Of a DNA stretch of 64,000 nt, positions 1 through 12,824 are shown one piece after another. The position numbers were made by a program, and so were the translations under genes. Positions within the stretch are counted from its first letter, which is position 1. Each line of letters opens with the position of its first letter. This stretch comes from Adineta vaga. Lineage: Eukaryota; Animalia; Rotifera. Where the stretch lies: positions 18,538,001 through 18,602,000 of the forward strand of contig CP075492.1 of assembly GCA_021613535.1 (NCBI GenBank), in the 5' to 3' direction. The notes under the pieces are model-generated. The model ran no database searches. It worked only from the letters and a program-made list of their open reading frames with translations, and was not told the DNA's origin.

Positions 1-2084
1 TGAATGAACTGCGACGCAAGTTGAATCGGACCGCTTCTTATACTGTGTTTGGATTATCCAGTCCTACGCAGCGTTGGCAAGGACATCCAATACTCATCTC
101 TAGGTGTTTGTCGTTCGAGTTTCGACGTGCCTATACACCCAATTATCACTTCATCGGATTTATTATCCTCAAGAGAACAATAAATGAAGTAAGTAGAGTC
201 ATTTTCGGCAGGAAAAAAACAGATACAACGACTTTTTTTAATGTATAGTGCGACTTCGCTTATTTTTCCTTAATCAAACAGTACGAAAAATTAATTTAAG
301 CCTCATATAGAAGATTCTCTTGAATGAGGGAAGCAAATGGCAGAGCAAAAGACTTACTTACTGAAGGTTATTTTTCTTGAGTCTTTTTTGTAGTTTTAAC
401 TTTTTTTCTACGCTTTTGAATGTGTTCTTGCAGCTAATATGCAATAATATTTTCGTTCAGCCTTTTCATTAGAAGTTGCCATTTTATAATGGACTGTATG
501 GTATCCTATGAGACTATTCTAATTTGAATATGAGATCCATATATTCACTATTTCAAAGCAATTTCTTAAGCAAACTTTTACTAGATAAATCTGACACATT
601 ATATTCCGTCCCGAATAAAGTAGACCCGAAATCGGAAGTGTCGAAAAAATTAATATATTGATGTTACAAGATCAAATAGTGTTCTATTTATAGCTGAAGT
701 ACAGTTCAGCCAATCGGCAGCGTCTTCAGACTTGTGATCTACATTTCTTGTACTCCACTTATCAGCGAACTTTCAGCCGAAGAATTTGATGTTCAATTCA
801 CTAGATGGTCAAACTCTTTTTATCGCAATCTAGTTTCACTACATACAGAGAGGTGCATAAAAGACTTGCTCGTTTTGAGAAACACGATCTAAAAGGAGTG
901 TTGAAGTATATAGGATATAAATTTGTACTCACTCTTCTGCCTCCCTCTCCCCTCCCCCACAGACCGTGACCGACTTAACAATAAGCCATCACAGACCATG
1001 ACAGACACTTTAATTAATCAATTAGCTATCTAACTAAGAATCGGATTAATCCACTAATTAACCGTTCAATTAATAGATATCCACTTAATATATCAATAGT
1101 AAATCAGTAATGACTCGGGGACAAACCGTGACAGACAGGTCAAAAGCCGTCACAAACCATGACATCTATGTTTAAAAATGTATAAGTTTTTTATGAATCA
1201 CTTTGTGTTATATAGCAGTTCGATTTTGCATTCGTATTTGCTACATCTTTTAAGATTCTGTAAGTCTTCTATGAGAACCATTTATCCTTTTGTTGTGATA
1301 TTTCTAGACGGACTATACTGACGAGACGCGTGCTGTTAACGTATGGCTTAATAGAACACGGGCTCCCGAAGAATTTGTCGTGTTGGTCGCTTTTGGTACA
1401 CTGAGCAAAGTAAATGAAAAGGTTTGGCAAGCATTAGTCGATACAGTGCAACTCGTGCCAAATATGCACCTGCTTTTGACAATACCTGACCAGGTGCAGC
1501 GCATCAGAGTCCATGCATTACTCAAGTCTTTACTCGATCAACAATCACGTGTACTTGTCGTTTCATGGATCAATCAACAAGACGTTCTAACTCATTCTTC
1601 TCTGCGCATGTTTATTACACATGGTGGACTAAACAGCATTGGTGAAGCAGTGCATGCACATGTACCTTTACTTGTCTTGCCTGGTTTTGCCGATCAGCCA
1701 GCTAATGCAGCAAAAGTGCAAGAAGCCAAGATTGGCTACGCGCTAGAGCGAAGTACGATAACGGCCACTAAACTCGCCATTCACATCAAACAAATACATG
1801 CGGAACACGATGTGTTTATTCGACGTTTGATTCGCATGCATCAATTGAGTGAACTAGAAGGAGGAGCGCAACGAGCAGCTACATTAATCGATCAGTGGTT
1901 ACTCGTAGGTTATGCACACTTAGATACACTCGAGCATCAATTACCTTCTCTTGTTGCAACTAGTCTGGATGTACGGCTTGCATTCTTTGCACTTCTCATC
2001 CTCATAAACTATTTACTATTTCGATTCGTTTCGTCAATCGCGTGTACTCTTTCACGTCGTGTCAGAAAATGCAAACAAGAATAA
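1..2084 (+). CDS. UDP-glycosyltransferase (membrane-bound UGT family), 3' part; exons <1-188 and 1308-2084
   Basis: Exon 1 encodes FEFRRAYTPNYHFIG. Phase-0 GTAAGT..TTCTAG intron at 189-1307. UGT signature WINQQDVLTH..FITHGGLNSIGEAVHAHVPLLVLPGFADQ, C-terminal TM helix and KxKxx ER-retrieval end (KCKQE). Confidence 0.92.
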
Positions 2085-3080
2085 AACTACGTTTTTGTAT
2101 GTGCTATTTTATTCTATAATTATTCGATGACCTTTCCGAACTGTTGTAGTAGATTCTAGATCTTAATCTAATATATTTTTCTGATATTGGGTTGTTGCAG
2201 AAGTCCTTGCCGATTTTTTCGAAAATGTTTTAATATCATTTGCCAATATTATGTATATGTGTCATTTGTATATAATCATAGTACTTGATCAGTGCTATAA
2301 AATGACATTGATAAAAAAGTAAAGCTAATCGTACCGACTCACTTAACTCTCGACTGTGGAGGACGGATATTTTTAGTTTATCTCAATAGTGAGACGAATT
2401 GATCTAGGAACTTACTGTACGAGAAAACGACTTACATGTTATTATTGAAACATGTATTAACCTTCGAAAGTTAAATATTAATTATTTTATCGTTAAATCA
2501 ATTTCACCCAACACTCAACTATGAAAACAATATTTAGTGTAACAGAAAGAAAACCAAGCACGGGTCTTGTTGCACTTATTACTGTCTCTCTAACGATAAA
2601 TAATCACCATTCTTTTCTGCTTCTTTTATATCTTTCTCTTCAATTCTCATTTGCTCTTCTGATGACAGTATGAAACTTTTATCAGATGCCTACGGATATA
2701 ATTTTGGCAGGCTAATATTCAGAGATGGCTCAGAACGTAGAGCGAATTACCAGGGAAAAAACGTGTTTCGATGCTTTTTCCAATAGGAAAAAGTCGATCT
2801 TTTTCTTTCATTGTTTTTGAAAAAATTCGAATTGGCTGCTAACTTCGATTACGTTTTCAACATATCAATAGATTGCCGATGAATTAAGTCATGATTATAA
2901 TTATAATGATCAATTCAGAGCACCCTTAATAGACTACTGTGACACACATGATATTAAGGTAGAGTCTGAATATAACGAATTATCAAATAAATTATTAATC
3001 ACTGACAAATGGAAGAAACGAACTAGTGCTGCTGAAATCAGTCGACTAATGGAGGATTCAGCTTGAATCATCCAATAACT

Positions 3081-3129
3081 AGGGTGTGGGTGTGGGTATG
3101 TCTTCTTCACTCTCATCCACACCCACCCT
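3081..3129. repeat. Telomeric-repeat hairpin element
   Basis: AGGGTGTGGGTGTGGGT-atgtcttcttcactctcat-CCACACCCACCCT. Confidence 0.85.
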
Positions 3130-3287
3130 GTGTATCTCGCCTCCTTTTCTTTTCTTTTCTTTTTTCCCCATTCTTATTATTCTGTTTTTCCCAGAATATT
3201 TTTTATTTATTAATATTCATTTAAGCGTGATCTAGTACTCGTCATAGTTATATTGGCGAGAAATTGTGAAACGCTTTTGTATTGATG

Positions 3288-3477
3288 CAGTGCCGAATCC
3301 AGGACTTTTTTGACGTGGGGTGATTCGGAAAACCTAGGAGCACTTTTCTTGAGGAGACTAGGGGTGATAATGATAATAAAACTCAGTAACAGATTATGTT
3401 TTAACCTTTTCTGTAAGAAAAAGACGAAAATCTTTTTTTGGACCAGGGGTGATCGACCCCTTTCAAATTCGTCATTG
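3288..3477. mobile_element. hAT-type MITE (190 bp)
   Basis: Imperfect TIRs CAGTGCCGAAT/ATTCGTCATTG. Exact 8-bp TSD TATTGATG at 3280-3287 and 3478-3485. Confidence 0.85.
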
Positions 3478-4092
3478 TATTGATGATGTTGCTTCTAGCT
3501 TAAATATTTCAATTTCTTTTTTCTATTATTATGTAAGCACTTCTGAGTGTTGCATTCGCTAGCATAATAAAAAAAAGGAAGTAACTATGTACACTCGAAT
3601 GTGTGTATAGCCACTTTCTAAAAAAAAAGGTATTCTCGTTATCATTCATATTTTATCTTTTTGTTGCATATAACAATACTAGAGTCAAAGTTTAGTTCTT
3701 AGAGAAATTTGTAGATATCACTAATGCTTACACTTTTATTTTAATTTTTTCTCCTCCAATCATTTACTCAGAACACATACAGGAAGAATAACTAAATGAA
3801 GAAAAAAAGTAAGTGATTGAAAAAAGTAAAATAATCGTTTATGCGCCACGTGCGAACCAATACTGAGTGGAAAAAGTAAAAAACCATTCAAGCTTGCAAG
3901 CATCAATAATAAATACAAGGACGTATATTTTTCGCGGAGAAGCACACTACTTTGTCATATACAACGTTCACGAATAAAAAATGAATCAGTCTGATCTGAC
4001 TATGAAATATCTGTTACCTGTGTTATATTAAAATGAATGACAACGAAGTTTGTATTGTGAAACTAATAGAATCTCTACTAGATGTGTTAATT

Positions 4093-4510
4093 TAAGAGGG
4101 AAACGGCGGTTTTGGAATTTTGGAATTTTCAAAATCCAAAAATCAAACAGCAATATGCTCTTGCAAATGAAGGAATTTCAAGCTGAAATTTTTACCATAT
4201 GTAGGCTTCGTGGTCCTTAGAATATTCTAAAGTTCTCAACGCAAAGAGATGTTTTCTTCTGAATATAATAGGATTGCAAGAAATACTCATATTTCCCAGC
4301 ACGGTCAGAAAGTCCTGTTTTCTTGAAAATTGATTATTTTAAGAGAGAAACATCCGTTTGCACAGAAACTTTTCGAATATTTTAAAGACCACATGGTCTG
4401 CATACAGTAAATATTTCAGCTCGAAATTTATTCATTTGCAAGCAAACATTACTGGCGGATTTTGAGAGTTTCAGCGATTGGCAGTCCCGAAAATCCGCCG
4501 TTTCCCCTTG
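4093..4510. mobile_element. MITE with P-element-like termini
   Basis: TIRs TAAGAGGGAAACGGCGG / CCGCCGTTTCCCCTTG. 8-bp TSD TGTTAATT at 4085-4092 and 4511-4518. The same terminus occurs at 38238 beside a P-like transposase relic. Confidence 0.8.
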
Positions 4511-5739
4511 TGTTAATTTTTGTTGTATTTTCTTCATAAATATTGATAAAGTGTTTGTTTTTAAAATAGAGATAAAACATAAGATCAAAGAACAACTTTT
4601 GTCCTTCACAAGTAAAAATAGGTAAATGATTAACATAACAGGATATATGAATATAAAAAGATTTATATACATAAGAGACATTTTATCGTAATGATATCGA
4701 GAAGCTAGTAACGAGCAATTTACGAGTTTGATTTGTTTTCACCTAAGAATCCCTATTTGAACAAAATGAGGTTTTTTTATCAAGTTTGATCAAAGTCTTT
4801 TGGTTATGTGAAAGACAAAAGTCATTCTTTAATTCTGTATTTTATCTCTATTTGTATGTAACGATTTTATTTATATTTATTCTTTAGTATAAAGAAAAAT
4901 AAAAATAAATATTTCGATTCCAGTTTCGAGAGAATCAATGCCAAGAAATACAAAATTAGTTTGTATACCTAATAAAAGCTTATTGAAAACGGGATTTAGG
5001 AGTATATTTAGGAATTACATAGGATGATAATTGGTTGTTAAACTACGAAAAATCACAGAATTTCTGGAATTTTTGTGAGATGTTTTTTGATAAGCAGTTC
5101 ACCATGATATAGGGGGTAAAGTTGTTACAGGTTTTCCATCTTTAGTCCCATGATCCTTCCTTATTTTGTCCTTATATTTGTGTTCTGACTTCGTACATCA
5201 TGTTGTACTTTGTCTCTATCATATTCTTTTCATCTCTCTGATGCACAAGTATATAAGTATATGTTTTGTATGAAAGCGATTCCATTCTCGATAGGAAGAA
5301 ATATAATAAAGCGTAGTTCCATCAGTGCTGACTCTTCTTCAATCAAATATCCTCACATAATGCACAGTTCGATGTGTTTTCATCTTCTTTTTTCAATGGT
5401 GAAAACTGCGACTCTTGACACTGTTGTTATCGAAAGTTATTCAAAATATACCAACCCGGTTTTTTTAAAAGTGTTTCATAGTAAAGGTAAAGTGTCATCC
5501 GTCATTTATCTTCAAAACATGTTTTTGATCATGTAACATTTATTCCAGCGAGGCTATTTGTTGTCAATACTTGAAAATAATAAATCTTTCAATGAAGAAA
5601 AATAAATTATATGAATACTGTATCGTATTCATAATATCGACTTATAAATGAGCTATTTCATAAAAGAAACTATTTCAATTTTGAAAACTTTCATATTATT
5701 TCCTTTTCAGAAGTACAGAAATATTGAAGAATTTCACTA

Positions 5740-7540
5740 ATGGAACGCGATGAAAATCAGAAGTTAATTATCAATGAATATTCAGCTACTCCTTCAATTC
5801 CTTATTTTTTATCATTGGCGCATTCATTCTTTTGTTTTGCTTTGTCTTCCGCCATTACTGGGCCAACATTACTGAATTTAGAATCACAAAATAATGGAAC
5901 AATTGATAAGTTATCTTACATATTTCTTGTACGTAGTATTAGCGCTTTACTAGGAAATATTTTTGCTGGTATTATTATTGATAAATATATGCATTTCGGA
6001 AAGTCTTTATTATGTTTATCAGTATGTCTTATGGGTACAACAACTGCTTTAATACCATGTATTTTCAATCTTTCATTATTGATTATCGTAGAAATTTTCT
6101 TCGGAATAGGAGTGGGTATGACTACTAATTTTGCACAGATACTGTTATTGAAAGCTTGCAGTAAGAATAAAGTTGGCACATATCTGCATGGATTACATTT
6201 TGCTTTTGGTAAGTAACATTTCAGTTCGTTTTCTTACAATATTGAGGGTGTGGGTGGGTGTGGGTGTGGGTAATAGGAAGACATGCTCTTCACACCCACA
6301 CTCACACTTAACCTAATCAGAGGATGAAAATAAATAAGACTAGTAAATTCAGTTGCTGTCACCACTGTCTATAATAGAGGGATCTCAGTCAAGCGAAAAA
6401 GTCAGTTCATTTGCTGAAGGTCCAATTCTTTTCCCTATACACTTCAACAGTCATCTTCAGTAGTATTTCGTGAATTAAAAAGAGACTCGAGATTTTATAT
6501 CATGACTTAACAAAAATGTAGTGAATATTGTCAGCTGTAAGTGCATTAGTCTCTTGTGATGAAGTGGATTCTTATTAAATACGCTCGTTTTCTGAATAAG
6601 ATATCAACAGGTTACAGCAATTCTATGAAAACTTCATGTTAATCACTTGTTATACTGATTTTCATCACGATTCTTTTTATTGCTTTTAAATAGGACTTCT
6701 AATTGTATTTTAGCCCTTGGTATACTTGCTGCACCATTGATTGCTGCTCCATTTTTATCGAAATCACCATCAGATCGTCGTTGGCATTACATTTACTATA
6801 TAATTGCATTAGTATTTTTAACCGATGTATTATGGCTTTTATTTTATTCTATCAGAGACGAATGGATTTCTTTAAAAGGAAAGACGAAAAATGAAAAAAT
6901 ATATGAAGAAAGACGTTCATCTTCCATCAAAACTGATGGAGATTCATATGCACATGATGAACAAAAAAATAAATGGCGAAATATTTTTTCAATTGCTTTA
7001 CTATTCCTCACTTTGTCTATGGTTATTGGTTGTGAACGTGGTTATATCAGTTTTCTCTATACTTATGCTCGTGTATATCTGAATTTTGAAACACATTGGG
7101 CTGCCTACTTAAATGCAACATTTGGATTTTCATTGGCTATTGGTCGATTAGCAGGAGTTTTTGGTACACTTGTATTAAAATCAAATCATCTCATTTTAAT
7201 TGATATGACAGGTTGTTTAATTGCATTTACATTGCTTGGTTTATTTTCCAATTCATCATCAATAGCATGGATTGGTACAATAATTTACGGTTTTTTTGTA
7301 GCTTCATTAGTTCCAGCTACGATTGATTGGACTCAATCACATTTTCATGTTACCGGAAAACTCCTAACAATTTTATTTGCAGGTGGAGCAGTAGGTGCCG
7401 GCACAATACCTTTATTAATCGGACAATTCTTTAGCTCCGCATTATTTATTCCTTTCGTGTTAATCATTGTTTCACTCGTTACCATGATATTAGCAACTCT
7501 TTTTTACATTGTTACACTGAGTTTATCATTATATTATTAA
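5740..7540 (+). CDS. MFS transporter, MFSD4/NaGLT1-like; exons 5740-6208 and 6714-7540
   Basis: About 12 hydrophobic helices; GPTLLNL, LHGLHFAFALGILAAPLIA, GRLAG motifs. Phase-1 intron 6209-6713 joins the two ORFs in frame. Confidence 0.85.
6242..6316. repeat. Telomeric-repeat hairpin element inside the MFS intron
   Basis: TTGAGGGTGTGGGTGGGTGTGGGTGTGGG-taataggaagacatgctctt-CACACCCACACTCACAC. Confidence 0.85.
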
Positions 7541-7606
7541 ATGTTCATTTTTTTCGTTCGTTCATTAATTGATATTTTTTTTAAAAAAATCAATTAAAAT
7601 CGATTA

Positions 7607-7655
7607 TTGAGAGTGTGGATATGAGCATATCTTCTTCACCCACACCCACCCTCAA
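7607..7655. repeat. Telomeric-repeat hairpin element
   Basis: TTGAGAGTGTGG-atatgagcatatcttctt-CACCCACACCCACCCTCAA, flanked by TA on both sides. Confidence 0.85.
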
Positions 7656-8744
7656 TACATGATGAGTTCTTGTCAGACATCTTGTGCGATAATATATCAA
7701 TAGACAAAAGTTATATATCTTGTTTGAAATACATAGTTACTTTTTTGTTGTGATTACCTGTAGAAATAAAAAAAAGAAAATAACTATGTTGGAAATAATC
7801 TTGAGTGTAAGTAAAACTTTTTTTCAACTTATGGACTCTATAAAAAAAAGTGTTTTTGCTTGGAAAATGACTCCATTCGAATAGAAACTAGATAAAAGAA
7901 AGTAGAAGAATACGAATAACGATATTAAATACTTCAGACAAAGATGTAAGAACATGTGCACCTTCTCACTGACGAAAAATGTCAATAATGCACATCCTTT
8001 ATATGGAGGAGGAAAAAACCAACATAAAATAATGACGTGCATTAGAACAGAGAGAAATGAAAGAAAACGTGTTAAAGGTATTCCAATCGATCGTGTATGA
8101 TATATGGTTCATTTCTGATAGAGCTAATTTAATGATAAATCCATAGTGTTTGCTGTGGAGTCGAGTTTTTTCATAGTTGGAAGATCTATAGTCATACGAC
8201 TAAATAACATGGAAGCATTATCTTCAAGTATATATCCTCGATCAAATACAATGCTGTGTAAATAGAGTCGTTGAAGAAAAGGATAATGTTGACAAAACAA
8301 ATTCATTTAATGTGATTTTGTTTGATGAAATTTGTCTGTTTTTATCATAGAAAAATACTAAGTTAATCCCTTCTAAAATTGTTTTTAATATCAAAAGTCA
8401 CACTAATTGATGAATTGTAATGTGCAGTACATAGAAATTCGACAAGAGGTTCTTTTACAAAGTTGTTTACTTTAAACTAATCGTTTATATCGTGTTTTAA
8501 AAACAGTTGAGATTAAAAGGCTTAGTTTTAATTAAGAAATCAGCAAAAAACGGAAAGATTTTCTAACCAACTGCTGTAGAAAAAAAAGTGAGCCTGATTT
8601 TGTTCTTGACTAAATATCCATTGGTGTTGGCAAAAGGGAAACTTCATTTCCTCTTGTGCTAAGATAACGCATTTATTTTCTTTCTCACAAATATTATCTC
8701 GTATGTTCACAGTTTCTACTTCTCAGTAAAATTAGTAGTCTCAA

Positions 8745-10289
8745 ATGAGAGTAAATCCCTTAGCGCGACAAATGAGTATGGATGGCTACCCTGCCACTTG
8801 TTTCACATCAGCAGCGAGTCGTTTTCGGATGTTCTTTGTCAGAGATGCAGAAGCTAAATCATCACTGAATCGTTTACGAACTAATATTAAGAATTATGTC
8901 TTAAACTTTAATAAATTTGATAAACGAGTTCCTTTGCATGTCACTTCACACGAATTACGGAATGGAATCTACTCGACTCGTATATTTCTTTTTTCATTAA
9001 TCGTCTCTTTAACAGCACTGGTATTATTCGGTGCACTGCTAAATGAAACACAAACTGTGACAATTTCGAACGTCACTGAAGAAGAATATCAAAAACTCGA
9101 ACAGAAATATTCTCAAACACTTCGATGTCCCTGTCAAAAAATATCAATTGAATATAAAGAATTCAGTTCAATTCAACCAATTCTCCATCCAATTTGTTCT
9201 TCTGTCTACGTCACTGATCAATGGTATTCTGGATATCTTTCCTTTCCTGCAAACAGTCTCCCATATCCATTTTTAAATACCCTTCGAGGACCACAGAGTT
9301 TTCGAAGTATTGGTCCAGCACAATTTCGACTTTTATCTTTATTTTGTAATGTATCAAATCGAACTGTACAAGATAATCTCGTTCTGTTCAAAACAACAAC
9401 ACTTATAACTGCTCACGCTATTTCATCTTCTTTGTTTCAGTCACAGACAACAGCTTTCATCAATGAGTTTATATCATCCACCATTAGTTCATTCAATCAA
9501 TTATTAGATACAATAGTGAGCACCACACAAAATGATGTCTTTTCAATGAATTTTGGACCATTAAATTTGTGGGTACAGGATGACACTGATTTTAATTCAT
9601 TTTTAGGGATTTTGTCTGAATGTAGTAAATGTGAAGCTCACATAACCTGTTTAAATCCAGCACTACTATATCCCCCTACTGACGTACTACCTCCACCCAG
9701 CTTTCCACTAGAATTGCAATTCCGATATTTTATTTCGGGATGGTATGGTGGTTGTTCGATTATGGGCTCACTGTTGTTATCAAACTTGGAATGTTTCTTT
9801 TCTGCTATATGTTATCATGGCATTGCGCTTTATATTTATGCATTTGATGAAAGAGCCCATTACTCTAGCTCTGGGGGAATATATCCAGCACCCTACTTTC
9901 GAACTTATACTAATTTAAATTCTTCAGAACTAATCCGATCTAAATCAAATTCATCGATAAAAGAAATCTTTCAACAACTAATGGTGGAATCATGGAATCC
10001 TCGAATTTTCTATTCGAAATACTTTTTGGCTTGTCAGCCAACCAGTTGTACATACACACGAATTGCCAAACGTGGTCTGCTTTCTACCGTGTCACTGATC
10101 GTGGGACTAGTCGGTGGACTGACAACAATTCTGAAACTAGTTATTCCACCAATAGTGGCATTTTTACGACGAAATAAACGGCCACCACCATCATCGCAGA
10201 GTAATACTGATCGTCGTCGCCGACAGCGGAGAAAGAAATGCATTGGTTATCGTCCCTTATGGCAGCATCGAGCAAGATCTCGTCGTTGA
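8745..10289 (+). CDS. Uncharacterised membrane protein: two TM helices around a large Cys-rich loop
   Basis: 514-aa ORF. TM1 follows STRIF; motifs CPC, HPICSS, GCS..LLLSNLECFF, YFLACQPTSCTY; TM2 LIVGLVGGLTTIL. Paralogous relic at 47506-48236. Confidence 0.75.
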   Translation: MRVNPLARQMSMDGYPATCFTSAASRFRMFFVRDAEAKSSLNRLRTNIKNYVLNFNKFDKRVPLHVTSHELRNGIYSTRIFLFSLIVSLTALVLFGALLNETQTVTISNVTEEEYQKLEQKYSQTLRCPCQKISIEYKEFSSIQPILHPICSSVYVTDQWYSGYLSFPANSLPYPFLNTLRGPQSFRSIGPAQFRLLSLFCNVSNRTVQDNLVLFKTTTLITAHAISSSLFQSQTTAFINEFISSTISSFNQLLDTIVSTTQNDVFSMNFGPLNLWVQDDTDFNSFLGILSECSKCEAHITCLNPALLYPPTDVLPPPSFPLELQFRYFISGWYGGCSIMGSLLLSNLECFFSAICYHGIALYIYAFDERAHYSSSGGIYPAPYFRTYTNLNSSELIRSKSNSSIKEIFQQLMVESWNPRIFYSKYFLACQPTSCTYTRIAKRGLLSTVSLIVGLVGGLTTILKLVIPPIVAFLRRNKRPPPSSQSNTDRRRRQRRKKCIGYRPLWQHRARSRR

Positions 10290-10358
10290 ACTATTTCGAA
10301 CGCAATCATTTTAAGACTTTACACAAAAACTAGCCGTATTGTTCATGTCCGTTTAGCG

Positions 10359-10380
10359 TGAGGGTGGGTGTGAGGGTGTG
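10359..10380 (+). repeat. Single G-rich telomeric arm
   Basis: TGAGGGTGGGTGTGAGGGTGTG with no adjacent C-arm. Confidence 0.7.
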
Positions 10381-10434
10381 TCAAACTATCATAACTAGTT
10401 TCGACTATTGTAGAAGATAAGAGATTGAAAGCAT

Positions 10435-10481
10435 CACGCGACGCGTTTCGACCTTTGCTTAAGGGCCAATCATCAGGCATG
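10435..10481 (-). ncRNA. Type I minimal hammerhead ribozyme (Penelope-like-element type)
   Basis: Minus strand reads caugc CUGAUGA uu GGCC cuuaagcaaa GGUC GAAA C GC G UC gcgug: both core boxes, stems I and II, palindromic short stem III and a GUC cleavage triplet. Confidence 0.8.
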
Positions 10482-12269
10482 TTAACAATCTACTATTACA
10501 AATAAATCCAAAATCATCCAAGAAATTGAAGAATTTTGAAAAAAGTCATAATAAATCTTATTTTCTTTTTAAGTATAAATAGTTATAGAAGATAAGATAA
10601 CCGCTGCCATAATCTAGATTTGACTTTAGGTACGAAGATTCTCGAAAATCAGAAGATCTTGATAGATATAGAATTTTAGAGATAATACCAAAGCGTTAGC
10701 TATACTATAATACACCACATTCCAAATATCTGTACACAAGTGAAAGGATATGCCCAAGGTAGGAAACCAATTCTCGACCTTCCGAATCACATGCCGACTG
10801 CTCTACCAAGTTAGCTACCCGATCAATCTTAACTCATGTTATATATCCATCTGGATGTGTTATATCATAATGTTCCTTTTAACTCAAACATTTTGTCTCA
10901 CCTCCCAGTATCTATCCTGTTACAGATAGATGCCTATATGCGGACTATTACCTAGGGTGTGTATAAAGATTTAGCTACTACGACAAGTTTGGACTTTGTT
11001 TAAGGGGATCATATGAAATGGTTTTGTCTATATGGATTGAATTTGATTCAAACAAACTGAATTTATGTTGTTACAATATGTTAAAGGACATAAGTAGTCG
11101 TAAAATAAGTTGTGAATTGTGTGTCAAGCTAACATGGTTAGTTTCGGCCTTGTGTAAGCATCTGTCGAAATGGGAAAGGTTTGTATGCTGTATAATAAAA
11201 ATCTAAAACGAATAAGTTTACATTGTTACAAGTTGTCAATCAATCAAAGACACGCGGATATATGTGTATTAGTGGTAAATCAATTTGATAATATAGACTC
11301 TTTCTTTTCGGTAATCCATTAAGGTGAAAATTCACATTCTTTGGTAGTATTATTGAAAAATAGAACCATTCATCGGACTTTATGTGTAATTTAGCATAAA
11401 CTATTAAAAGAAGTGAGACAATAGGAAGTTAAATTAGACAAACTACACATGGAGGACAAGAAGAAACTTGGATACTTGTACAATACAACATGGAAAACAA
11501 AATAATATGATAGATATTCATTTATTCTAGCTATACACATGATGTTTAGCTTCACCACAATCACAAAAAAATATCATAGTGATCTTAAATTAAATGAACT
11601 CCAACGAATTGTAGTTGGCATAAGCTGAAATTTGATAATCTTTATGAAAAGATCATGAAGAACTACGTCAGTTGTGTGCTTTAGTAGTAATCGATTCTAT
11701 CGAGCCGAGTTCATCCATTGTAAAGTTAAGCAATATACGTTCTCTAAGTTGTTTGACAGTTCAACTAGTTAATCAACTGGTAGGTCGTTTTGTTCTATGA
11801 CGGATCATAGTATCAACGATTAGTTCTGAGAGAGGCAATTAAGTTGATCAAATGATGTGTTAAATAATACTTTTGTAATGTGGTTATGATAATGCCATTT
11901 ATGTGTCACACTGGATATAATATCCTTTATAAATATAACGGATAGGTGGATCACTAACTCGATCAATTAAAACGATGGTTGTCTAAGTAAGTGGTCTCAC
12001 AAGTGACTATAATAGTGATTAAAATTGAACATAGTTGATCACCAACTTGAGCATATCATAACTTCACTAATTGTCGTACATAGGATTAGGATCGATCCAC
12101 CTGTAATAGTTCGATAAATCAAGTGGTAGTTTTGATCATGAATATCATTAGCTGAATGAGACTTGTGTTGATATGTTGATTAATAAAGAAACAGTACTCA
12201 GTAGAAAAACAATTTGTTTTCTATTTTATATTCACTCAATAAGTCGGTTAACACTTTGACCAACAAAAA

Positions 12270-12371
12270 TGGTGTGGGTGTGGTTTAAGACTGTAGGCTA
12301 AAGTATACCCACACCCATTCGCATGGTGTTAATGGTCATGGAGTATCAAACAATCCTCCCACACACACCCT
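12270..12371. repeat. Telomeric-repeat hairpin element with an extra downstream C-arm
   Basis: TGGTGTGGGTGTGG-tttaagactgtaggctaaagtat-ACCCACACCCA ... CCCACACACACCCT. Confidence 0.75.
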
Positions 12372-12824
12372 GCACACAATAATATGCAACTATTATTAGT
12401 GGCCATTAATTTTTTTATATTATAAAGTATTAATAGAAAGAGACTATTAAAGACTACATAGTTGAAAACTTTTCACATAGCAATTAGTTGTAATTATGTA
12501 AACATATTTCATATAAACTACATCAATCTATAGAATGGAATTACAATTTTCTCATCACTTTCCATCAATCTACTCAATGCCTTATTTATAATTAATACTC
12601 TTTATCTAAGGGCAGAAAAACAGATCTATAACGATGAAGAAATTAATTATTTAAAGTATATAAGATAATTATGAAAACGAATGTGACGTTAGCTTGACAA
12701 AATATAAAATATAAAGAAAACAAGCAAACATACACGCTCCTTTTCATTCATTCTCAAACATTTCCTGAACTACTTTGTGCAAGCTTCAGCTTATTTTCTT
12801 TATTAATTAATCTTTTGAAAACCT

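Noticed and set aside
960-1165. Repeated ACCGTGAC/ACCATGAC motifs in the UGT intron
   Set aside because: Probably a decayed TE subterminal region; no termini or TSD could be defined.
2185-2220. Mariner-like terminus TA|TTGGGTTG
   Set aside because: No partner TIR or transposase found.
2659-2680. CTGATGA..GAAA possible hammerhead
   Set aside because: No stem II or stem I pairing.
10482-12269. Possible Penelope/GIY-YIG coding relic next to hammerhead 1
   Set aside because: Partial hand translation gave no recognisable motifs.
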